64,000 nt of DNA from Macrostomum hystrix (lineage: Eukaryota; Animalia; Platyhelminthes): positions 9,672,001-9,736,000 of the forward strand of contig CATNEN010000038.1 of the NCBI GenBank assembly GCA_950097015.1. Direction: 5' to 3'. The translations under genes were made by a program, and so were the position numbers. Below the pieces are notes generated by a model, which saw nothing but the letters and a program-made list of their open reading frames with translations, did no database searches and was not told the DNA's origin. Each line of letters begins with the position of its first letter. The first letter of the stretch is position 1. Positions 22,268 to 32,769 of this stretch are shown here, one piece after another.

Positions 22268-25200
22268 TCAGTCGGCATGCTTTCCGTTAACAGCTAGGCC
22301 GTTGCGACGAAGTTCACGCTCACCATCGATGGTGGCACCCTTGGCGCTGAGCTCAACAACCCTGTCAAGCTGCGAGTCAACCACCGAGAAGGTGATCCCC
22401 AGCTGGGCGGCATAGTAGGTAGCCATGATGACGGCGTTGGCGTGCGGCAGAGGCATCAGGAACTTGTTCACGGCTATGCTGAAGTCGCTAATGACAAACA
22501 GGGTGGCGCCGATGAAAGCTGCCAGGCTGGTCAGGCCGCCTAGAGTCTTCTCCAGTCGCACTCGAGCCGCGGCGCGCCAGAACATGAAGAAGATCAGAGC
22601 CGTGTAAACTAGACCAACGTAGCGCATCAGGGCGGAATTGGAGCGCGGAAATACGGACAGGTAGGCGGCTACGGCTATGAGGCTGGCCGAGGCGCCAACG
22701 CGTGGACGCAGCGGTGTTACGCCGAATGCCCAAGCATAGGCAATCTGGGCGAATGGACGAGTTATTAATGTTAAAGTGTTACTTTTACTTGCTATGAGTT
22801 GCGGAGGTCAAGAAACTGAGCCTGGCTGTTAGATCTAAGGGGTCTAGCCTGTAAGATCTAAGGAGCCTAACCTGTTAGATCTAAGGAGCCTAACCTGTTA
22901 GATCTAAGGGATCTAACCTGTTAGATCTAAGGGATCTAACCTGTTAGATCTAAGGGGCCTAACCTGTTAGATCTAAGGGGCTTAACCTGTTAGATCTAAG
23001 GAGCTTAACCTGTTAGATCTAAGGGGCCTAACCTGTTAAATCTAAGGAGCCTAACCTGTTAGATCTAAGGAGCCTAACCTGTTAGATCTAAGGAGCCTAA
23101 CCTGTTAGATCTAAGGGGCCTAACCTGTTAAATCTAAGGAGCCTAACCTGTTAGATCTAAGGAGCCTAACCTGTTAGATCTAAGGAGCCTAACCTGTTAG
23201 ATCTAAGGGGCCTAACCTGTTAGATCTAAGGGGCCTAACCTGTTAGATCTAAGGAGCCTAACCTGTTAGATCTAAGGAGCCTAACCTGTTAGATCTAAGG
23301 AGCCTAACCTGTTAGATATGAAGCCTAACTGTAAGATAGAGAGCTTACCTGTTACATAGGGAGCCTACCTGTTAGATAGGGAGCCTAATCTGTTAGATAG
23401 GGAGCCTAATCTGTTAGACATGGAGCCTAACCTGTTAGATAGAGAACCTAACCTGTTAGATAGGGAGCCTAACCTGTTAGACAGGGAGCCTAACTCTATA
23501 AGTCTTACAATTAACTCTCAACTCTTACGAGATAGGGAATCTACTAGCTAGATGGGCAGTCATTGTAAATCAGATAGGAGTAGTTAGCCGGTGCATCCTG
23601 ATACACATATAGACAGAATCAATAAACTAACAGTGCATCTAACCTGGGCTACGGCAAACAAGCACATTCCGACCAGAAAGAAGCCATCAAACACCAGCGC
23701 AATGTCGCCAAGCAGCGAGAAGCACAGGCCAAGCAGAATTCTCCGATTATAAGAATAGGCCTCGCTAAGGCCGAGTCCATGGCTAATGACGAATCCAATC
23801 AAACAGCAGATTGGGATACATTTGAAGAGCAGGTAAAGCAGGCTGCCAGGCGATTTCTCGGGAAATAGAATGAAGAAAATTGTCGCCGACTTAATGAATG
23901 GGACAAGGCGCGGTCCGGCACTCTTTAACTAAAAAAATGTTTTTTAATTTTTTTATTTTCGCTTTTCTACTTTTAGTAGAGATACAATATTTTATAGTAA
24001 TTTTTAACTAGGATAACAAAAGAAATAAAATAATATTAAAAACCCTATTTTGGAAAATGTTTCAGGGCCATAACAAATGTCAGTTTTCAACTAAGTTCTT
24101 CTTTGCGAGATGGCTGCAGTGTCACCTGGTATTGTCTTGTAGGGAGGCTATTGTTAGGTGATTTACCAAGACCTGTGATGAATAATATATTTAAAAAATT
24201 ATTTAAAAAATTATACTGTAGTCTCATATCAGAAATATTGATTCAAGCATTTTCTAATCTTTTTATAAAGAAAAAGCAAATTAATTGAATTTTTAATTGG
24301 AAGTGTATATTGAGGTCATTATATTGAGTATGCTGCACTAAAAAGGAAAATTAACTAGATTTGATTGTTTTAAAGCTTCTGGGAATTGATAAGCATATGA
24401 CAGATATTTTGAAGTCTTATTTTTTTAATAAATATAAAGACCTTACTTAAAAATAGTTCCTACTTTTGGTTTGTATTATTTAACAACGTGTAACACTCTA
24501 TGAAACTATAAAAACTGTTTTTTTAGTCTTTTTGAATTGCAACAAATTCAATTTTTTGCATAGTCTAATTTAAATTATATAGGAATGAATGATATTAGTA
24601 CTGATATTAGTACAAACAGGAAAGAAAATTATATATTGCATTATTTTACCTATTTTAGCTACTAATATCTAAATTGATATAAGAATACTAGATTATTTTA
24701 GCAGCATACATTTGCTTTTACATACAAAGCAAAAAGTGTATCTCTAGACATATAAAAATGTTGCAAAGTGAAAATGTTTCTCAGAAAGACAATTCAAAAT
24801 TGCAGAATATATAGACAATAAAGTTTATATGTTCTGATGTGGTTGGGTAAATTGGATGTTGCAATTTTTACATCATATTGTATTTTAAATATTTAAATGT
24901 TTTTTTTTGAACATTTTCTGTTCAAAAACTAACCTCACATATTCTCTTGTATAGTAAAGGTTGTGTTAATAACAAATCAATAATTAAAAGATGTTCAAAA
25001 CAATGCTAGTTCTTTTCTCTGTTCAAGATTGAGGTTGTGATCTTCTAGTCCCAGAGAGCCCTAATGACTGAGGGTGTTATACTGAGGGAGGGAAAAATAC
25101 CTATAGGATTAATAGGGAAATAAAAGAACTGAATTGGCCAAAGTGACACACTACCAGTAAAGAAAGATAGTGATAAGCTCTGTTACACTGCTAAAAAATA

Positions 25201-28200
25201 TGTTCCTAATCACTTCATCATCTACTCTAAATATTGGACATTTTGTCATGTCATCCTACTACTTTGTGATCTTGTATATTGTCAAACACTTCATTATCCA
25301 CTCTTTTTAGACACTTTTTAAGACACTTTACTCCATTAAGGCACCGTACCCTACACTGGATGGTGTACCAAACCCAACAAAAAATTCAGATAAAAGGGTT
25401 AGCAGCTAATATATATTCGCACTTTGAGTCCTATAAGAGTTTATTTTTTGTTCAATAACCTATAGCCAAGCCAATAGACAAGAAGAGCCTCAAAAGCCAC
25501 ACCAAATGTGGTGCACACTGATGATGGGGGTGCTTTGTGCTTACTTGATTTGGAATTCAATACAAGTGAGGAGGTTGGGCAGAGGTATGAAAACTGATTT
25601 AGTTAACAAATGTTTTAAAGATGACTGCAAAGATGGATAAAAATGCAAACAAAAATCTTTAGATAACTTAACATAAAAAGATTGAAAATAACAAAAACTA
25701 AAATAATCAAGCTACAAATTATATGGATAATGAAATGTCTACAATTTTTAATTACTTTGTCATTGCCATCTTTTAGCCTGTGAATAATAATAATAATAAT
25801 TGATTACACCTGTCCGATAAGGCCAGATATGCAGCTGACAGCAGAGCCATAGCTATTGCGCTGTGCATCTGATGGCTGAGTACTGCTGATCAGTCCATGG
25901 ATTGGGGGGACACCATACCCACCTTCAATTATCCCAGCTGATGCTGGTACCCAATTAACAGCTGGGTGAACTAAAGCAATGCAGAGTTAAGTGTCTTGCT
26001 AAAGGACACAAATTGATCAAGTGGAGTCAGGAATCAAACCCCCTAACTTCAAGTCACATACATGCGCAACCTCCCAAATCTTAGCCGGCCTTGCGACTTA
26101 GTTTTTGCTCTCATTTGCGACTTAGTTTGTTTCATTGCTCTATTTACGACTTAGTTTGCTCTCATTTGCTCTCTTTTTCTCTCCCCTTTTTCCTTTTCTT
26201 CACGCCTTCCTTTTTTGTCCCTTGGTCCCCCCTTTGATTTTTTGGCGCTTGGTCGATTGGTTTTTGTGACTTACCTTGCTTGGCCCTCGTTTCACCCGGC
26301 CGGTTCGGCCGGGTCGGCCAGGTGTTGCGCATGTATGTTCAAGTCATGAGTCCAATGCTCTAACCACAAGGCTACACTCTGAGATCCTGGTAAGTACAAC
26401 ATGGAGATGACAAAGTGACTAGGTACCAAAAAGCAGTCTATAAAATTTAGAAAATATATTTTGACTTTTTAGACCAAGCTAGTTGTTGATTATCACATTA
26501 GGCATAATGAGGTCAAGGAAAGTGTTGGCTTTGGTTGCTATACTGTTTGATAGCCTAAGTGATTATGCTCAAATTATTGAATTTATTTAGTCAGAAATCA
26601 TCTAATCAAAATATTTGTTGGCTAGGGATAGGGCCTAGTACACTAGGTTGGTGGCCAATTGGTCCAAGGTCAAGGTATTTGCCTCTAGCACCAAGGTCCC
26701 TCAGATTGATTCTGTAGTGAGGCCTACATTAAATTTGACCATAGGCCTAGGCCCTAGCCATGGAAAGAAAGCTTGAGGGCTTGCCATACAATGTACATAC
26801 TTGAGGGCCAAGTCCAACCTCAGATAATATGTTAGTAATGCACTAAGACAATATAGACTATAGTATTGTCCTAATGGGGGCAGGACAATTTGGTAATAGA
26901 CAATTTGGTAACAGACATTTTAATAACACTCAGTATATTTTGGTAACATGCTGAGACATTTCAGTAACCACCAATCAATTAGGGCCTATCCAATGTCCCA
27001 CTTTGATTTGAAGTATATTCTCATATACCCAAACCATAGTTGCCTCTTGTATAACATAATATTTAACTAGATATTGTAAGCCAAAGATCAACATGCTTCC
27101 AATCTTTAGAAATGAGATACACTGAAGGTTAGACTATGTATTTAAAGAGCCAAAGATCAATGTGCTTATGATCATTAGAAATTAGATACACATACACTGA
27201 AGGATGTTACCAAATGTCTGTTACTGAATTGTCTATTACCAAAATTTCTCTGACTAAATGTTACCAAAATGTCTGTTACCAAATAGTCCTTAGATTGTCC
27301 TAACGAATACAGGACAGTTCGGTAACAGACAGTTCGGTAACAGACAGTTCGGTAACACTCAAGGACAGTTCGGTAACATACAGGAGACAGTTCGGTAACA
27401 CACTGGGGACAGTTCGGTAACAATTGAAAGTCAATAAAATCAATCTAGGTTTGTTCTAACAATGTATCTACTATCGTTGCTAGGACACAACTGACTGATG
27501 TTACTGATGTATCTGAAACTGACACGTCATTTAGAGTGTGCAAGTAGGGTAAAGGCTCGTTCAAAGGGATGTACAAAGGGATGAAAAATTAGTGCAAATT
27601 GTGTGATCACACGAAATTTGGCCTCACTTGATGACTGTATGAATGGGCCTTAAGTGTGCTAGTTGGCTGCTGAAATACGATTTATTGTAGCATTGATATC
27701 AATATACAAGAATTGTATTATATGCGAGATGGCAGAGGGTGAGCAAAATAGAGTTGTGGGGACAGCTGCACAGTGAACATGGGGCTAAAATATGACTAAT
27801 GCAAGAACGTAATGTGCATTGGCAAGTACAGTGTTGGGAAGTACAGTGTAGACAGTCACAAAGCACAATTAAATACCTCAACAGTCAACATGAATCAGAA
27901 ACATTGTAACATTGTTGAACCATGAACCACGTGGCCTGCGTCGTTTGTTTCAACAACGTACGTAGGCTACAACAAGGTCTACAATGCAATGAGTGTCACT
28001 GCTGGCAACACCGCACAATTTGTGGCAGTGGCATCAGCCAGCTGGAGTACCGTGCCCTTCAGCAACTTGATTGCTTTCAATGGAGATGCAACAACTGCCG
28101 GCAACCACAACCACAGCCTCAGCATCAGCAACAGCAACAGCAACCACATCAGCATCAACATGAACTGCAGCAACTACACTTGTCGCTTGACTTGTTGCTT

Positions 28201-28778
28201 GACTCGCAAGTTTCAATTTTAGTTTTTAGTTTTAACGTTTTATTTTTTATTTGACGCCCAAATATGAAATATGTAACATGCAAAATGCAACCTCATACTC
28301 ATATTTCGAAAAGCTAAATATGGTTCGAAGTGCTATTGACTTTACTTTGTAACTTTACCGAACTAAATATAAAATAATTTCGCAAAAAACCCTTCCGATC
28401 CAGTTTAATCAATTGTTACTGAACTGTCCCTTGATATGTTACCGAACTGTCCTGTGGTGTTACCGAACTGTCTGTTACCGAATTGTCTGTTACCGAATTG
28501 TCCTGTTACCGTCCTAACCAGATTAGCAAAATGTCAAATAAGTTATAGTACATTTAGTCAAGCAGCTAGCATTGCAGCCACAAAAAAACTTGTTTAAACC
28601 TGGTTTAAAAGAAATTTTAACGCCTAGCTAAATTATGTTACTGTCCTTTGTAAAAGAGTCATAAATGATTAGACCTATTACTATTATTACCTAATGATTG
28701 TTAAATACAGCTAGGCCTAGCAAGACAAAGGGGCAAGTGCAACATAAAAAATTGACTTACTGCTGTCCGAATCGTCAT
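22268..28778 (-). CDS. TMEM86A: Lysoplasmalogenase-like membrane protein (TMEM86/YhhN family), 3 exons, ~259 aa
   Basis: Exons 28778-28761 (MTIRTA), 23928-23644 (LKSAGPRLVPFIK..KCIPICCL..GLCFSLLGDIAL..AVAQ) and 22744-22268 (IAYAWAFG..GATLFVISDFSIAVNKF..MATYYAAQLGI). GT-AG junctions, all phase 0. Closely parallels TMEM86A; the tiny first exon is the least certain part. Confidence 0.88.
22820..23495. repeat. 23-bp minisatellite (AGGAGCCTAACCTGTTAGATCTA), TMEM86 intron 2
   Basis: Tandem copies directly visible, degenerating towards 23495. Confidence 0.92.
25785..26380 (-). mobile_element. CORE-SINE (family A) copy interrupted by a MITE
   Basis: Reverse complement of the 14812/19258 copies with an (ATT)n tail at ~25785-25800. 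The tRNA head is split at TTCAAGTCA by the insertion at 26057-26337. Confidence 0.8.
26057..26337. mobile_element. MITE, ~280 bp, 14-bp TIR CATACATGCGCAAC, TSD TTCAAGTCA
   Basis: Perfect TIRs and a 9-bp flanking duplication (26048-26056 / 26338-26346). Near-identical second copy at 32489-32769. Confidence 0.9.
26650..26822 (+). mobile_element. Degraded SINE family B fragment
   Basis: Aligns with 5205-5335 (GCCTCTAGCACCAAGGTCCCT..GAGGCC..GGGCTTG..CTTGAGGGCCAA), with many CpG-type substitutions. Confidence 0.6.
26875..27297. mobile_element. Non-autonomous TIR element A with subterminal GACAATTTGGTAACA repeats, 6-bp TSD TCCTAA
   Basis: Inverted arrays of ~13-15-bp repeats at both ends; TCCTAA at 26869-26874 and 27298-27303. 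Confidence 0.75.
27304..28511. mobile_element. Non-autonomous TIR element B with subterminal GACAGTTCGGTAACA repeats, 6-bp TSD TCCTAA, carrying a PHD-finger ORF
   Basis: Left end CGAATACAGGACAGTTCGGTAACAG.., right end ..CTGTTACCGAATTGTCCTGTTACCG; TCCTAA at 27298-27303 and 28512-28517. Confidence 0.85.
27922..28254 (+). CDS. PHD-finger + polyQ ORF (likely first exon or remnant of a transposon gene)
   Basis: CVVC..CNEC..WQH..C..WRCNNC fits the C4HC3 PHD pattern. It starts at an ATG and lies inside TIR element B. A possible donor is at CAA|GTTTCA (~28210). Expression unknown. Confidence 0.55.
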   Translation: MNHVACVVCFNNVRRLQQGLQCNECHCWQHRTICGSGISQLEYRALQQLDCFQWRCNNCRQPQPQPQHQQQQQQPHQHQHELQQLHLSLDLLLDSQVSILVFSFNVLFFI

Positions 28779-30192
28779 GTTTGCCGATAAGATTATAGAG
28801 GATTAATATACGCCACTACTCTCAAGACAACTTATAACTAGCTATCGATTATTGTATTTCGATAATTGATATTTTAGAATGTACAAAAAGCGTCGGGTTT
28901 ATCCAAAACTTTAAGTAAAAATTCCAATATGCACTCTCAGTCTCGCTGTAGAAATCTATGATTAAAACTAAGAAATATAATTTGAGGAAATGTTTGATAA
29001 ATTAGATATTTTTGATAACCAAATAAGGTGTCTTGATCGACTCTGCTTTACTTCAGGCGGCCTGATGTAGTCTAGAATACTGAAAATTGAAATAGAATGA
29101 GTTAATTTGCGCATGACACAGCACGGAAAAATTATAAAACTTATTATTTACCAACTAAGCTAACTGCGTAATTAACCTGGATGTAAAAAAAGAAAAGTAG
29201 AAAAATATAAAGTTTTAGAAAGTGCCTAACCTTTCTTTATAATTTTTACTTGTTAAAATGATATAAAATTTGCACTGTTTTAACTTAAAAATTTTCTTTA
29301 TTAAATCATTCCATTTATTACTACCATAAATAAATAGGCAGCTGTTATTTTGATTATTCGTCCGGTTAGTGATTTTATAGTTAATTTTAGATTTCACACC
29401 AAATTTCTGCATTAGAAGGAAGGCACCAAACTATGCATGTCGGAAGAGATCTTCCCTTAAGCCAAATTGTTTATATCTAACTAATGTCTGTTTGATTTGT
29501 ATTTTTATCAAAATAAAGAGTAACCTAAGTTCCTTTGAAGCGTGAAGTTGTAGCGACTCATTCGAATACTTCTACAAAGTCAACTGGGTCACCAGCAAAG
29601 GACGATTCCCAGATTAACAGCGAGGACCACAATTTTAACTCCTTGATAGGCTTTCCTCATTGTGTGATAAACTAAGTTATAAGGGGTTGTAGCGCTACCA
29701 CGAGAAGCTCTATCATTTGTATGATAAAATAATTAACCGGACAAAGAATCAAACTCCCAAACTACCAAATAAATATTAGTATCTTTTTCATTAAAGTAGT
29801 TAGTAATTAACGTATCAATAATCACTATAGCAAAGAACTAATAAATGAAATATTTAGCAAAGAACTAATGACACATTTAGCAGGTAACTTATTACCCCTT
29901 TTAGTAGTATTTAACTAACGACACACACTCCTTTAGCAGCTATTTAATGACACCTCTATAGCAGGCAATTAATGGCCCCTTAAGCAAAAAAACTAGCCTT
30001 ATAACCAAACCAATTTTTCAAATTTTAAATACAAAAAATATAAACACATATTGTCTAGAGACACTGGTTGCCTGCTCAGGGACATTCAATACCTGCTGAG
30101 GGACATTCATTACCTTCTGAGGGACTTTGGTCGACATCCTTGCATAGGCCTAGTAATTTCTGTCAATCTTTCTCAACTATACCTACTATACT

Positions 30193-30672
30193 GGGTCCCA
30201 GGTCATTTTGGTGACAAGACATTTCGGTGACAACTTAAGTCATTTCAGTGACATAATTAGGCCTAGTCAAATTGGTGACAACTATTTTTGCACCTAAATA
30301 TGCTAAAAAACGGCCTTCCATTTTAACTATGCTCACTTATAAAGTATTAATTAAATAATGCTATAAGTACTAATAAGAAGCTGCATCGCTCTGATTAAGT
30401 CTGGGTTTTACTTTAAATGAGTTAAATTATTAAATTATTTAATGAGTAGTCAATAGTTTCAATAGTTATTCGTTGCTAATTAAATGTGTATAATAATCAT
30501 TTTTCAAGTTTTGGATTGACAAGGCAAGTGTAGGCTTTAAGCAGCTGCTGGATCGTGGAAGGCTGTTTTCTCAGCATATTTAGGTACAAAAATAGTTGTC
30601 ACCGAACTGACCAATTCTGTCACCGAAATGACTGTCACCGAAATGTCTTGTCACCGAAATGACCTGGGACCC
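30193..30672. mobile_element. MITE with ~40-bp TIR (GGGTCCCAGGTCATTTCGGTGACAAGACATTTCGGTGACA), 6-bp TSD TATACT
   Basis: TIRs match with one mismatch; TATACT at 30187-30192 and 30673-30678. Inner inverted similarity continues (AACTATTTTTGCACCTAAATATGCT / AGCATATTTAGGTACAAAAATAGTT). Confidence 0.88.
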
Positions 30673-31034
30673 TATACTGATTTTAAGTGCTGTTTTTTCA
30701 AATTTAATTCAGAAAATGTGTTTTTTGAAGATTAGCTTTCTGCTAAAAAAAGGACATATTTCTTTGCTAAAGGAGGTCATACTCATTGGTTACCTGCTAA
30801 AGGGGTCATCAGTTCTCAGCTAAATGGAGGCATTTATTGAAGGCTACGAAGGGATATTTGTTGACTGTTGGGAAATATTTGTTGCTTGCTTGGCTGAGTA
30901 AAATATTTTCTGTGCCCTATGGGGGCAATCGTTTTTGTCAAAGAAAGAGTACAAATATTTCTTACTGTGGGTTTGGTAGCCTGGTACCATGGAGGTTCTC
31001 TTCTGTTTGGGGAAAATTGGTTCTTCCTGCCGGG

Positions 31035-31850
31035 GGTGACATTAGTTATTTGCTGCTGGGTGGACATTGGTTCTCTGCTTCTGTGGGGACATTGGTTCTC
31101 TGCTGCTGAGGGGACATTAGTTCTCTGCTTCTAAGGAGACATTGGTTCTCTGCTGCTGGGAGGACATTGGTTCTCTGCTGCTGGGAGGACATTAGTTCTC
31201 TGCTTCTAAGAGGACATTGGTTCTCTGCTGCTGGGAGGACATTGGTCTCTGCTGCTGGGAGGACATTAGTTCTCTGCTTCTAAGGAGACATTGGTTCTCT
31301 GCTGCTGGGAGGACATTGGTTCTCTGCTGCTGGGAGGACATTGGTTCTCTGCTGCTGGGAGGACATTAGTTCTCTGCTTCTAAGAGGACATTGGTTCTCT
31401 GCTGCTGGGAGGACATTAGTCTCTGCTGCTGGGAGGACATTAGTTCTCTGCTTCTAAGAGGACATTGGTTCTCCGCTGCTGGGAGGACATTGGTTCTCTG
31501 CTGCTGGGAGGACATTAGTTCTCTGCTGCTCTCTGTGCTGAGGGAAAATTAGTTCTCCACTGTTTGGGGGACATTGGTTATTTACTGCTAGGGGAGAGAT
31601 TAGTTATTTGCTACTGAGGGGACATTATTTCTCTGTTTCTAATGGGACATGGTTTCTTTACTGCTCGGGTGACATTGGTTCTCTGTGCTGAGGGGAAATT
31701 AGTTCTCCACTGTTTAGGGGACATTGATTATCTGCTACTTTGGGGACATTAGTTTTCAGCTGCTGGGGGGACATTGGTTATTTGCTGCTAAGGGACATTA
31801 GTTCTCTGCTTCTGATAGAATATTGGTTCTCTGCTGCTGAGGGGATAGTA
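31035..31850. repeat. 25-bp minisatellite (GGACATTGGTTCTCTGCTGCTGGGA) with degenerate flanks
   Basis: Tandem copies directly visible. Confidence 0.88.
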
Positions 31851-32488
31851 TTTGCATGTACCTTAAAAGGATTAAGCTGAGTAGTATCAAATGTAATTTA
31901 CTTTTGTAATTCTGCCCTTATGGGGCTCTTGGTATAAAGACCAAATGTCTTAGAATGTATTCAAGCTTGGACTATCTATTTTGTATTTATTGAGAATTAA
32001 AATTCTTGTTAAATTGCAATCACATATACTCGCAGTCGCAGGGAACTTTCAGGGAAATTCATACAAATGAAATGTGTTTTCTTTTCTGTTTTTATGTATG
32101 TTTTGTCCTACTAGCCTACATTACAGTAGATTTTTTGTCTAAACAGCACCAAGGAGGCTTAGTGTGCTAGTCTATGTCTATAAATGTTTTAACGGTCCTG
32201 AGTTAAAAAATAAAACCATTTTGTTCTATTGAACACTAATTTCTATAGAATAGCTTCACTATCACAAATTGATTATACTTCGTTGCACAAAAAGAAAGGA
32301 TTTAGGAATTTTTAAAGAATTTTTTGTTGGATGCTTTTGTGGGAGAAAGAGAAATAAATTGTGTTAATAGAGTCAAGGGGGCCTATTGAAGATTACTTAT
32401 ATTTATTATTGAATGGCTTTCAGCCTAACGGCTTTTGCAGGGACCCCAATATAGGCCTATAAGAATACCACACTAAGTGGGACATAGT

Positions 32489-32769
32489 CATACATGCGCA
32501 ACCTCCCAAATCTTAGCCGGCCGTGTGACTTAGTTTTTGCTCTCATTTGCGACTTAGTTCATTTCATTGCTCTATTTACGACTTAGTTTGCTCTCATTTG
32601 CTCTCTTTTTCTCTCCCCTTTTTCCTTTTCTTCACGCTTTCCTTTTTTGTCCCTTGGTCCCCCCTTTGATTTTTTTGCGCTTGGTCAATTGGTTTTTGCG
32701 ACTTACCTTGCTTTGCCCTCGTTTCACCCGGCCGGTTCGGCCGGGTCGGCCGGGTGTTGCGCATGTATG
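32489..32769. mobile_element. MITE, second copy of the CATACATGCGCAAC-TIR family
   Basis: Near-identical to 26057-26337. Flanks are GACATAGT / GACATGGT (8-bp TSD with one mismatch). Confidence 0.88.
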
